Of a stretch of 64,000 nt of DNA, positions 37,742 to 46,622 are shown in pieces. The position numbers and the translations under genes are program-made. The notes below the pieces were generated by a model. The model was given only the letters and a program-made list of their open reading frames with translations. It made no database searches and was not told the origin of the DNA. Origin of the DNA: an uncultured Bacteriovoracaceae bacterium (GTDB lineage: Bacteria; Bdellovibrionota; Bacteriovoracia; Bacteriovoracales; Bacteriovoracaceae); the NCBI GenBank assembly GCA_964012805.1, contig CAXGUD010000014.1, positions 1-64,000 on the forward strand. The letters are read 5' to 3'. Each line of letters opens with the position of its first letter. Position 1 is the stretch's first letter.

Positions 37742-38113
37742 ATGCAAATTTTATTTGTTGATGATTCTGAGCCCATCATTATAGAAATGAAAAGAATTCT
37801 AGAAGAAACAAATCATGAAATGGTTGTAGCAAGGGATGGAGGACAAGGTCTTGCCGAGTTGGCAATCAAAAATTTTGACATTGTCATTGCGGACCTTAAT
37901 CTTCCTCGCATGGACGGACTCACTATGATTGAGTTTTACCTTAAGTTAAAAGAAGAAAAGATTCCTAAAATAATGTTAACTACCGAAATCACTGCTGACT
38001 TGAGAGAAAGGGGAGAAAGAATAGGAGTCGACGCGTGGATGCAAAAGCCACTCAAAAAAGAGGTCATTTTAAAGCTTCTTAGCGATATAGAAAATAGAAA
38101 AAAAGTAACCTAA
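37742..38113 (+). CDS. Single-domain response regulator
   Basis: ILFVDDS, IADLNLPRMDG, MLTTE and WMQKP motifs. Confidence 0.92.
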   Translation: MQILFVDDSEPIIIEMKRILEETNHEMVVARDGGQGLAELAIKNFDIVIADLNLPRMDGLTMIEFYLKLKEEKIPKIMLTTEITADLRERGERIGVDAWMQKPLKKEVILKLLSDIENRKKVT

Positions 38114-38134
38114 GGCCTATTAAGAGGCCCTAGG
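38100..38134 (-). terminator. Intrinsic terminator after menB
   Basis: Minus strand CCTAGGGCCT-CTTAAT-AGGCCTTAGG followed by TTACTTTTT. Confidence 0.6.
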
Positions 38135-38142
38135 AGTTAATC

Positions 38143-39045
38143 CTAATAATGCCAAGGATAAGAAGAAAAGTCTCTTTCCCTCTTCTCAACAAATGAGTTA
38201 CGCCCCTCTTCGGCTTCAGGGGTTCCGTAAGCTAATCTTGTGGCTTCACCAGCAAACAGCTGCTGACCTACCAATCCATCATCAGTTAAGTTAAAACCAT
38301 ACTTCAGCATCCTCATCGCCGTAGGGCTCTTTGAATTTATTTCCTTTGCCCACTCTAAGGCTTCCTCTTCTAGCTCTTCATGAGGGACAACCTTATTGAC
38401 CATTCCCATTTCGAAAGCTTCTTTTGCTGAATAATTTCTTCCAAGAAAAAAAATTTCACGGGCCCTTTTTTGCCCGACCATTTTCGCCAAATAAGCTGAT
38501 CCATATCCACTATCAAAGCTTGCAACATCTGGATCTGTCTGTTTAAAAATAGCATGCTCACGACTGGCCAGGGTCAAATCACAAACTACATGAAGGCTAT
38601 GCCCACCTCCAACGGCCCACCCAGGAACAACACATATAACAACTTTAGGCATAAACCTTATAAGTCTCTGAACTTCCAAAATATGAAGGCGACCTAGCCT
38701 TGCTTTATCAACATTTCTACCATCTGCGTTACTTCCTTGGTACTTATAGCCATCCTTACCTCGTATTCGTTGGTCACCGCCCGAGCAAAACGACCAACCA
38801 GAATCTTTTGGAGAAGGACCATTTCCTGTCAATAAAACACATCCAACATCACTTTGACACCTAGCGTGCTCTAAAGCAGTATAAAGCTCGTCAACGGTCT
38901 GTGGTCTAAAAGCATTTCTTACCTCCGGCCTATCTATAGCCACACGCACCGTCCCCTGATCAACTGCCTTATGATAAGTGATATCTTGAAAACTGAAACC
39001 CTCTACAAGCTTCCATTTTTCAGGTTTGAAAATTGCTGAAACCAC
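38143..39045 (-). CDS. menB: 1,4-dihydroxy-2-naphthoyl-CoA synthase
   Basis: RPEVRNAFRP, FCSGGDQ, GGGHSLH, SFDSGYG and EGRNSFVEKR motifs. Confidence 0.97.
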   Translation of the reverse strand: MVSAIFKPEKWKLVEGFSFQDITYHKAVDQGTVRVAIDRPEVRNAFRPQTVDELYTALEHARCQSDVGCVLLTGNGPSPKDSGWSFCSGGDQRIRGKDGYKYQGSNADGRNVDKARLGRLHILEVQRLIRFMPKVVICVVPGWAVGGGHSLHVVCDLTLASREHAIFKQTDPDVASFDSGYGSAYLAKMVGQKRAREIFFLGRNYSAKEAFEMGMVNKVVPHEELEEEALEWAKEINSKSPTAMRMLKYGFNLTDDGLVGQQLFAGEATRLAYGTPEAEEGRNSFVEKRERDFSSYPWHY

Positions 39046-39129
39046 ATCTTTCTCCTTTGTCCAAACAATTCATTTTTCTTATGATGGCTTTCCAGTCGTG
39101 TCAATAATACTTTTTAAGACATTATTTCT

Positions 39130-39468
39130 TCAAACATACATTTCTACATCTGAGCTCCACTTAAAATGGTCAACATTTTGTGTCGTCACTTCATAGTCCT
39201 CTAAAGACCGTTCTTCTTTGCTTTGAATAATCTTGTCTACTGTCGCATGCCAAGAGTTAATTACCTTTTTCTGCTCTAGAAAATTAATATAATCCTCTAC
39301 CAGGTTCTCTTCTCCCTTTAACATGCAAAGAACCTTTCCTTTATTTTCTGGATCATTAGTGGCCCCACCAGACAAACGCCTTTTAATGGCCCCCCTGATA
39401 AAAGTCTGGCGGAACATAACGTTTTGAACTTTTCCATGAACCTCAAAAAATTTGGAAACCAAACCCAT
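39130..39468 (-). CDS. acyP: Acylphosphatase-like protein
   Basis: VHGKVQNVMFR and GGATN motifs; ATG 39468 with AGAGGA RBS. Confidence 0.7.
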   Translation of the reverse strand: MGLVSKFFEVHGKVQNVMFRQTFIRGAIKRRLSGGATNDPENKGKVLCMLKGEENLVEDYINFLEQKKVINSWHATVDKIIQSKEERSLEDYEVTTQNVDHFKWSSDVEMYV

Positions 39469-39575
39469 AGAACTTCCTCTCTTTTTTTTGAAAAACTTTG
39501 ATAAAGTCATTATCATGATAATGATCTTTTTTGTTATGACCTTTTATCATTTCAAAGAGCAAGGGACAAACCTGT

Positions 39576-40310
39576 ATGATTTTAACGCCTATCCAAAGCC
39601 CCCTCCCCTTAAAAAAAGCTTCTCACTATTTTTGTGTCAACCTTAATTGGCAAGACTTGGATGAAAGCTTTTTTACATCAAAGGGTATTTTTCTTCCGCA
39701 AAATATGAAAGAGGATGTCCCTAAGAAGAAGGCGCACTTTTTAGGAGGGCGCTACTGTGCTCATCAAGCTTTATCTTTGATGAAAAACAATAGTTCAGAG
39801 ATTTGTAGTGCTAATGAAAAAGAACAAGCTGAACTTATTCCTATTAAAAAAAATGAGCAAGGAGCACCTATTTGGCCAGAGGGAGTTATAGGCTCAATTA
39901 CACATACGGAAAACTTTATCGGCGCTGTTGTTGAAAGTTCTGACAACCTTAGAGGCATTGGAATAGATACAGAAAAAATTCTTGGCCCCCAAAGTGTAGT
40001 CATGGTTGAATCTCTTGTTGCAACCGATGAAGAAAAAAGGAAAAGTCTTTCATTTGACCCTTTTGAGTATTTCACTCTTATTTACTCAGCTAAAGAAAGT
40101 ATTTTTAAATGCCTTAACCCTATTATCCAAAAGTATATAGAATTTCATGACGTTACCATTGAGACAGTATCATTCGACTCCAAAGTATTTACCTTTAGAC
40201 TCTTAAAGGACCTAAATGAAGAGTTTAAAGAGGGAATGTCTTTTGAAGGATCTTTCCATATAAACCAAGACCAAGAGAAGCTTCATACGGCTTTTGAACT
40301 TTATCATTAA
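39576..40310 (+). CDS. 4'-phosphopantetheinyl transferase, EntD type
   Basis: FLGGRYCA, PIWPEGVIGSITH, GIGIDTE and YSAKESIFK motifs. Confidence 0.92.
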   Translation: MILTPIQSPLPLKKASHYFCVNLNWQDLDESFFTSKGIFLPQNMKEDVPKKKAHFLGGRYCAHQALSLMKNNSSEICSANEKEQAELIPIKKNEQGAPIWPEGVIGSITHTENFIGAVVESSDNLRGIGIDTEKILGPQSVVMVESLVATDEEKRKSLSFDPFEYFTLIYSAKESIFKCLNPIIQKYIEFHDVTIETVSFDSKVFTFRLLKDLNEEFKEGMSFEGSFHINQDQEKLHTAFELYH

Positions 40311-40350
40311 GGCCTTAATAAGATTGAAGCTTCTCCAATATAGATCTCTT

Positions 40351-43300
40351 TTAGCTCTTTGAGAGGTTGTGATGCTCCTTTATTTTTTCACAAATGGCGT
40401 CCGTTTCCATTGAAGTTAATTCAGAAGGCTCAATCACATTTGGAAAAACTTTTGGAAGCTCTTTAATATGTTCAAATAAAAGAAGGTTTTTATTAGCACC
40501 AACCTCATCGATTTTCCTGACAGGAGTAAAATGTGGCACTGTTTGAAGGACCTCAGGGGCTTCATGAAGGATTTTATAAATACTTTTCACAATATCAAAA
40601 AACCTGTCCAGCTCTTTCTTCGTAAAGCTTTCCGTCGGCTCAACCATTAGCCCATAAACCTCAGGAAAAGCAACTGTTGGAGCATGCATTCCGTAGTCCA
40701 AGAAAAGTTTTCCAACTTTAGCAATAGTCTGTGCCTTAGGCGTTCCCTTTTGTTCTATTCTTTGAAAATCATCCTCACTCAAAGTAATGATAAATTCATG
40801 CATCCTAGGTACGCTTTCGCAGCCGCTAGGCAATGTGGGATAAACCTCTTTTAGCTTTTTGTATAAGTATTTTGCAGCAAGCACAGAAACCGCTGCCATC
40901 TTTCTTATACCTTCAGTTCCCAGAAGCTTCATATAAGTAAAGGCCCTTACCTTATGGGCAAAGTTTCCATAATGCCGGTGAAAGCTTCCAATAGAGTTCT
41001 TTGGTTTCTTTGTTGTAAAAAGGCCATCGACCTTATCAATTTGAACACCTGGAAGAAAATCAAGAAGTTTTTCGCTAACTGCAACGATTGCATCTCCTGG
41101 GCCGCCGCCACCATGGGGAATCGTCCAAGTTTTATGAAGGTTATTATGGACTGCATCTACTCCGAGAGCGTTAAGGTCAACCCAGCCAGCGATGGCATTC
41201 ATATTGGCGCCATCCATATAGACAAGGCCACCAACCTCATGAATCTTATCTGCCATTTCTTTAAAATTTGTTTCAAAAATTCCCGCTGTATTGGGGTTTG
41301 TCACCATGATCCCAGCAATTCTTTTCCCATATTTCTCAATCATGGAATAAAATTGTTCCAGGTCTATTTCACCTTTATCATCTGAGTCAATCGTTACGAT
41401 CCCACATTGAACTCCGTCTTTAATTTTTGTTTCAAAACCTGCCATAGAAGCAGTTGCTGGATTTGTCCCATGAGCACTTCTAGGAATAAGGATGACGTCT
41501 CTTGTCTCACCTTCTCCATTTGAGCGGTGGTAAGCTTGAAACATCTTAATTCCAACTAACTCTCCTTGGGCTCCAGCAACAGGTTGAGTTGTTACCCCGG
41601 GAAGACCTGTTACTTTTTTAAACATCTCTTGAATCTCATAGAGGACCTCAAGACTTCCTTGAGACTCACTAAGAGGAACTTGGGGGTGCAAATCTGTAAA
41701 GCCAGGTAAAGAAGCTGCATAATCATTGATATAAGGATTGTATTTCATAGTGCATGACCCTAAAGGGTAAATGCTGTCATCGGGACTTACATTTTGATTT
41801 CCAAGGTCAGTGTAAAATTTTTTCAAATCCTCTAGAGAAAATTGAGGAAGCCCTACTTCTCCACTCCTCAGAAGATCAGAAGGTATTTCAGGAATTTTAA
41901 AAGAAGCATCACCCTTTTTTTCGCTTGGAAATTCTTCAACAAAAAAAGCTTCAAGAGATTCTAGGTGAGAGTCTTCATGAATATCTGAAAAGGATAATAA
42001 AATTAATTGACGTTGATTATTGATCTGCGGAGTGAGATTCACTCCTAAATCTATTCCCTTATTTTTAGCGCTTTCAAGAAGTTTAGCGGCTTCAACATTA
42101 ACCTCAAGAGCAACTTCATTGAAAAAAGGTGTCTCAGGATAAGCTAGAGAAACGCCTTCTCTCTTTAAAAGGCGGGGTATTATTTGAAGTGCATTTTGCC
42201 TTCCTTTTTGACAAGACTCTTTCATTCCCTCTTCGCCTCTAGCAAGCATTCCGGCCCCTGCTAAAGTGGCGAGAAACGACTGATTTGAACAAATATTAGA
42301 GGTCGCTTTCTCACGCCTTATATGTTGCTCCCGAGTCGAAAGGACCATAGCTAAACACTCTTTGCCTTCAACATCTTTGGTCTTTCCTACATAGCGACCA
42401 GGAGTCGACCGAATACCATTTTTATTTTTTGAATTGTACCTTACTCCAAAAATACCTAAACCTGGCCCTCCATAGTTTGGACCAATGGCCAAATGCTGAC
42501 CTTCTCCGACAATAATATCGACTCCCTGGCCTTCAGAGCCAAATCTCGATGGGGGCTTTAAACCACCCGTGGCCAATAACATTGGGTCAAAAATAGCTAC
42601 AGAGGGTACTTTTAAAGAGGCTGCAAGATCTGTAAGGACATCAACACTCTCTAAAAGCCCTAGAGAGTTTACTTGAGGAAAAATAATTCCTGCCAACAAT
42701 TTATCGTTAGATAGACGTTCTGCTTTTCCCTTAAGATCTTCAATGGATGTTAGACCTGTTTTGTTATCAACTGGAACCCATTCCACCAGAACGCCCGTCT
42801 CCTTAATAAGAGTTTCCACAACTTCCTTATCTCCGGGAAAGATGCTTTCAGAAACAAGAACAGTCGTTCCTTTTCGGTGGAGCCTTAAACAGACGTTCAA
42901 AGACTCCGCCAAACAAGTGGACCTCTCATAAAGGGAGGCATTAATGGCTTCAAACCCGGTCAATTGACTTAAACAGGAGGAGTAAACCCAGAGCGTTTGC
43001 AATGTTCCCTGACTCCTTTCTGGCTGATAAGGCGTATATGCTGTTGTCAGACCTCTGATAGAGCTCACGTAGGGAATAAGTTCATGAACTCTGTATTGGG
43101 CCAGCCCTTGACCTAAAAATGAAGTGTTGATCTTGTTATTATTTGCAAGTAACTCCACTTGCTTCAACGCCTCTTCGTAGCTCAGACTACGACACACAGA
43201 ATAAGTCGATTTGTCGAATTTAACTTCATCAGGAATATGGGAGAAAAGGTCTTCCAATTTTGAAAGCCCAAGCTCACTTAACATCGCCCCTATTTCCTCA

Positions 43301-43383
43301 TCATCCGCTGAGATAAAGTATGGTTTTAACTCCCTTTCTAGTTTTTCAGGATCATAAGGTAGCTTTTCAAACCGAGAGGTCAT
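40351..43383 (-). CDS. gcvP: Glycine dehydrogenase (decarboxylating), fused GcvPA-GcvPB type
   Basis: TAYTPYQPE.SQG, REQHIRREKATSNIC, PLGSCTMKYNP and NLHKTWTIPHGGGGPG motifs; ATG 43383 with AAGGA RBS. Confidence 0.95.
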   Translation of the reverse strand: MTSRFEKLPYDPEKLERELKPYFISADDEEIGAMLSELGLSKLEDLFSHIPDEVKFDKSTYSVCRSLSYEEALKQVELLANNNKINTSFLGQGLAQYRVHELIPYVSSIRGLTTAYTPYQPERSQGTLQTLWVYSSCLSQLTGFEAINASLYERSTCLAESLNVCLRLHRKGTTVLVSESIFPGDKEVVETLIKETGVLVEWVPVDNKTGLTSIEDLKGKAERLSNDKLLAGIIFPQVNSLGLLESVDVLTDLAASLKVPSVAIFDPMLLATGGLKPPSRFGSEGQGVDIIVGEGQHLAIGPNYGGPGLGIFGVRYNSKNKNGIRSTPGRYVGKTKDVEGKECLAMVLSTREQHIRREKATSNICSNQSFLATLAGAGMLARGEEGMKESCQKGRQNALQIIPRLLKREGVSLAYPETPFFNEVALEVNVEAAKLLESAKNKGIDLGVNLTPQINNQRQLILLSFSDIHEDSHLESLEAFFVEEFPSEKKGDASFKIPEIPSDLLRSGEVGLPQFSLEDLKKFYTDLGNQNVSPDDSIYPLGSCTMKYNPYINDYAASLPGFTDLHPQVPLSESQGSLEVLYEIQEMFKKVTGLPGVTTQPVAGAQGELVGIKMFQAYHRSNGEGETRDVILIPRSAHGTNPATASMAGFETKIKDGVQCGIVTIDSDDKGEIDLEQFYSMIEKYGKRIAGIMVTNPNTAGIFETNFKEMADKIHEVGGLVYMDGANMNAIAGWVDLNALGVDAVHNNLHKTWTIPHGGGGPGDAIVAVSEKLLDFLPGVQIDKVDGLFTTKKPKNSIGSFHRHYGNFAHKVRAFTYMKLLGTEGIRKMAAVSVLAAKYLYKKLKEVYPTLPSGCESVPRMHEFIITLSEDDFQRIEQKGTPKAQTIAKVGKLFLDYGMHAPTVAFPEVYGLMVEPTESFTKKELDRFFDIVKSIYKILHEAPEVLQTVPHFTPVRKIDEVGANKNLLLFEHIKELPKVFPNVIEPSELTSMETDAICEKIKEHHNLSKS

Positions 43384-43516
43384 AGACTGTTCCTTTTTCA
43401 AAGGTTATAAGGAGTTTTGTCCCTAATGGGTCATAAGTTACTTATTAAAAACTTATGTTATTCATTTTAAAACAATTAACTACCACGATTAACGGGCTGT
43501 ATCTACAAGTTTTAAT

Positions 43517-44359
43517 ATGCTTTTAATTTCTAACCAAAATATTGAGCCAAGTCTAAAAAAATCTTTTACCGAAACTTTTTCCTTAAAAATTTCGGAAGAC
43601 AAAGTACCAAGAAACTCACCTTACTTCACTTTCAGCGGTGATAAGCTCTCACTACACCTTAACAATATAATGGACTCAAGTGAAGAAAAGAAGCCTTCTA
43701 AGATGCCATCTCCCTCACCCCTTTCGTTTGACTTTATTGATACATGGAAAAGAATTAAACCAGGCCCTAAAAACCAGAGAAAAAAAGACCCCCTTTTGAA
43801 GGCCCTAACCATTAAAAAAAATAACGATGAAGGCCCAATAAGGTTAATCGATGCCACTTGCGGCACGGGAAAAGACTCGTTATTTTTTATCAAACAAGGC
43901 ATTAAAACCCTTGCCTACGAGAGGTCTCCCTACCTGGCCCCTCTTTTATGGGATGCAAAAAGAAGAGCATCGGCTGATCCAGAGCTAGGTCCGTTGATTC
44001 AAGACAACTTCCTTTTTTCTTTTTCTGATGCCGTAAAACACCAAGAATCTCTCAAATCCGAACCTCTTGCTTCCCTACCTAACTCTAGTAAATTTAAAAC
44101 TCCTGATATCATTTTCCTAGACCCCATGTTTCCGCCTAAGAGAAAAAAGGCCTTACCAAAAAAAGAAATGGTTATCTTTTCGGAGCTTGTTGGCCCTGAC
44201 CACGACCAAGAAACGCTTTTAAGATGGGCCTTAGACTTAAGGCCACAAAGAGTCATTGTTAAAAGACCTATTTGGGCCGACCCACCCGAAAACCTTGTCC
44301 CTGACACAAGTTATCAGGGAAAAACTGTAAAGTTTGATACTTACTTTCCCAATTTATAA
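43517..44359 (+). CDS. rsmJ: 16S rRNA m2G1516 methyltransferase RsmJ-like
   Basis: DATCGTGKDS, ERSP, LDPMFP...ALPKKEM and RVIVKRP motifs. Confidence 0.88.
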   Translation: MLLISNQNIEPSLKKSFTETFSLKISEDKVPRNSPYFTFSGDKLSLHLNNIMDSSEEKKPSKMPSPSPLSFDFIDTWKRIKPGPKNQRKKDPLLKALTIKKNNDEGPIRLIDATCGTGKDSLFFIKQGIKTLAYERSPYLAPLLWDAKRRASADPELGPLIQDNFLFSFSDAVKHQESLKSEPLASLPNSSKFKTPDIIFLDPMFPPKRKKALPKKEMVIFSELVGPDHDQETLLRWALDLRPQRVIVKRPIWADPPENLVPDTSYQGKTVKFDTYFPNL

Positions 44360-44409
44360 AAGATAAAATATTGAAAGATCATTTACCAAATTCAATGGGC
44401 CTTCTTTTT

Positions 44410-44742
44410 TTAGCCATTTTTCCTTTTGGCCATCTTTAAAAACGATTTCATTTTCCTTTTTTCCCACCAACTTTCGTAAATAAAATGGGCCAGCTTAGGC
44501 ACTTTCCAATCAAAGTTTTCAGATTCCGCAAGCTTAGCCTTAAGAGTTATGTTTAGGTTATCTAAACTCATATTTATATGGAAATGCTCGTTCGGTAAAT
44601 TGTTACTTTCAAAATGAATTGTCGCTGCTTGAATGGAAATTACCGAAACAGTACAATCAACCAACTCATCAGGACTGTCCCAATAAAGAGTACAATGCCT
44701 GTCCAGAATAGCATACCCGTCCTTAGGTAAAGTGATTTCCAT
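44410..44742 (-). CDS. Hypothetical protein, possibly a degenerate PilZ fold
   Basis: 110 aa with AAGGA RBS; beta-rich core and C-terminal helix. Confidence 0.6.
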   Translation of the reverse strand: MEITLPKDGYAILDRHCTLYWDSPDELVDCTVSVISIQAATIHFESNNLPNEHFHINMSLDNLNITLKAKLAESENFDWKVPKLAHFIYESWWEKRKMKSFLKMAKRKNG

Positions 44743-44872
44743 ATAATTTAAATCCTTATGTCTGTTTTGGGCTTACTCCCTTGTCTTCATTTATTAAGAA
44801 GTAAGCCACCTATAAAAACAGCCTGCACCTAAGGAATTATTTTATCAGCTTTCAAAAGGAGAACAAGGGACG

Positions 44873-44910
44873 CAAAAGAAAGTCCGGAAAGCTTCCCAGA
44901 CTTCCTTCTT
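44873..44910 (-). terminator. Intrinsic terminator
   Basis: Minus strand AAGTCTGGGA-AGCT-TTCCGGACTT followed by TCTTTT. Confidence 0.65.
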
Positions 44911-44947
44911 ATTAGCTCATCGGAATACCTAAAATGGAAAATTTTTC

Positions 44948-45298
44948 CTACTCAACTGCACGAGGGAAAATGAAGCATGAAATGCTAACTTCATCGCCGC
45001 TAGGAAGAACAATTGAGACATTGTCACCACCATTTGAAACGGCTTTTAGGCCTGTTTCTCCGTGCTTAATGGCCAAATAATGCATCTGCTGGTACTTGAG
45101 TTCGGCCCTAAAATGAAACTCGGTTTTATCAGAAAAAATGACCTTCTTGTCTAAATAAGAAGAACCACTTCTATTGGTACGCCCTTTTATTGTCTCACTC
45201 TCACCTTGATTTTTACTTGTTGTGCAGTAGTACTCATTTGCAAAACCCACATTAAACATCATAAAAAAACTTACGAATAACGATGCCAATTTGAACAT
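44948..45298 (-). CDS. Small secreted hypothetical protein
   Basis: Signal peptide ending GFA; one Cys near each end of the mature domain; GAGGAGG RBS. Confidence 0.8.
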   Translation of the reverse strand: MFKLASLFVSFFMMFNVGFANEYYCTTSKNQGESETIKGRTNRSGSSYLDKKVIFSDKTEFHFRAELKYQQMHYLAIKHGETGLKAVSNGGDNVSIVLPSGDEVSISCFIFPRAVE

Positions 45299-45546
45299 AA
45301 AACGATCCTCCTCATCACTTCAACTGCCTCAAATAGAATAAGCGGTTAATATAAAAGCAATTTATGATAGGCGTCTTTTTTTAGTTTGCCAAGGAAAGGA
45401 GTTATTAATTTTATCAGAACCGGAATATAAATAACCATCTCTAAAATTTTTGAAACGAATATTTTGTTTAAGAGGAGAAGAACTCTACGCATTAAAGTTG
45501 GTCTGAGTTACTTTAAAAGTTATTCTCGTTACGCTAGAATAAATCG

Positions 45547-46023
45547 ATGAAAATTTTAAAGAAAAGCACCTTATTGATTTTTCTAATTACACCCTTTTTC
45601 TCTATCTTGTACACAATTACACTTCATGGAGCCTGCACTAAAACCATTAAAACAACCCTTCGAAAAGGACCTGGTGAACAGTTTGAAAAACTGTGGGATA
45701 TTACACTTTTTTCCCCAGTTAAAGTAAAAAAATACAAAGACCAATGGGCAAAGATAGAGGACTCAGAGGGCATTCCTGCCTGGATTCTACAAAGTGATAT
45801 TACCAAAGAATATTTTTGTGGCAGCATAAAGTATGAAAAGGTGGTAATTAAGCACCTAACTAAAAATAAAGATGATCTTAAGAGTAAAAAACCTTCAGAG
45901 AGAGGATTAGCATTTTATGATCAAAACTTTAAAATTTTAAACTTCAAGAAGGGACAAGTAGCGGCATTATCTCCACTAGGAAATCAAGTCCTTGTGCCTA
46001 GAAAAAGCCTTTGGGTTCAATAA
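45547..46023 (+). CDS. Secreted bacterial SH3 domain protein
   Basis: LRKGPG..F...W......PV.V......W.KIEDSEG..AWI. Confidence 0.8.
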   Translation: MKILKKSTLLIFLITPFFSILYTITLHGACTKTIKTTLRKGPGEQFEKLWDITLFSPVKVKKYKDQWAKIEDSEGIPAWILQSDITKEYFCGSIKYEKVVIKHLTKNKDDLKSKKPSERGLAFYDQNFKILNFKKGQVAALSPLGNQVLVPRKSLWVQ

Positions 46024-46566
46024 AAACTTTTTTAAATCTAACCTCTGCCTTTTCCTTTTGCTTCTTCCCTCTCCACAAGGAGGAATATGAATAAAAAGGT
46101 CTTTGATGGCCTGTTCACACCTCTCGTGGCCTTCTATTGAATGCCTCGGGAATTGCCTTTTTATTTCTTTAGTAAATATCAACCTATCAGAGGAAGGCCT
46201 GGCATAATCACTTTTTGTAACAAAGAAGGTAAGTTTCATTAGGCAACTTTTTATCAATCCCCGACCCACCATTTTTTTTTCTAACTGAAGGTAAAGCTCA
46301 TCGACTCCAATTCTTGAGTTTTCAGGCATCTTTCTCAAAGCGAACTTTCGATACTTGAGTTTTTCCTTAAGAACATCAAGGTAAGAGCTTCTAAGGTCTT
46401 TAGTTGTCTTAGTCAAACGGATTCTACAGTGGGGGTACTCAAGGTAAAAAGAGTTCTTTTTTGCAAAAGCACTCTGAGCAAATATTGTTCCTAAAAAGAT
46501 TGTAGAGACTATTTTTCTCAAAAGAGACCTAGGAAAGGCTTCCTTATCCATTGGGGATTCCTCCAT
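45976..46566 (-). CDS. Secreted hypothetical protein
   Basis: Signal-like segment ending SAFA; 4 Cys; basic. Confidence 0.7.
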   Translation of the reverse strand: MEESPMDKEAFPRSLLRKIVSTIFLGTIFAQSAFAKKNSFYLEYPHCRIRLTKTTKDLRSSYLDVLKEKLKYRKFALRKMPENSRIGVDELYLQLEKKMVGRGLIKSCLMKLTFFVTKSDYARPSSDRLIFTKEIKRQFPRHSIEGHERCEQAIKDLFIHIPPCGEGRSKRKRQRLDLKKFLLNPKAFSRHKDLIS

Positions 46567-46622
46567 AAAGTCTTACACTTGGTCTAAAAAGCAAGTGCTT
46601 CCCCATATAATTCTAACTGGTC

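Noticed and set aside
43384..43516. Glycine riboswitch upstream of gcvP
   Set aside because: The region is short and AT-rich and lacks GGAGA, CCGAAG and CTCAGG elements.
44867..44910. GGGACGCAAA, resembling the core of a c-di-GMP-I riboswitch
   Set aside because: The upstream GGCAAA and GNRA P2 stem are missing, it points away from both flanking genes, and the adjacent hairpin is better explained as a minus-strand terminator.
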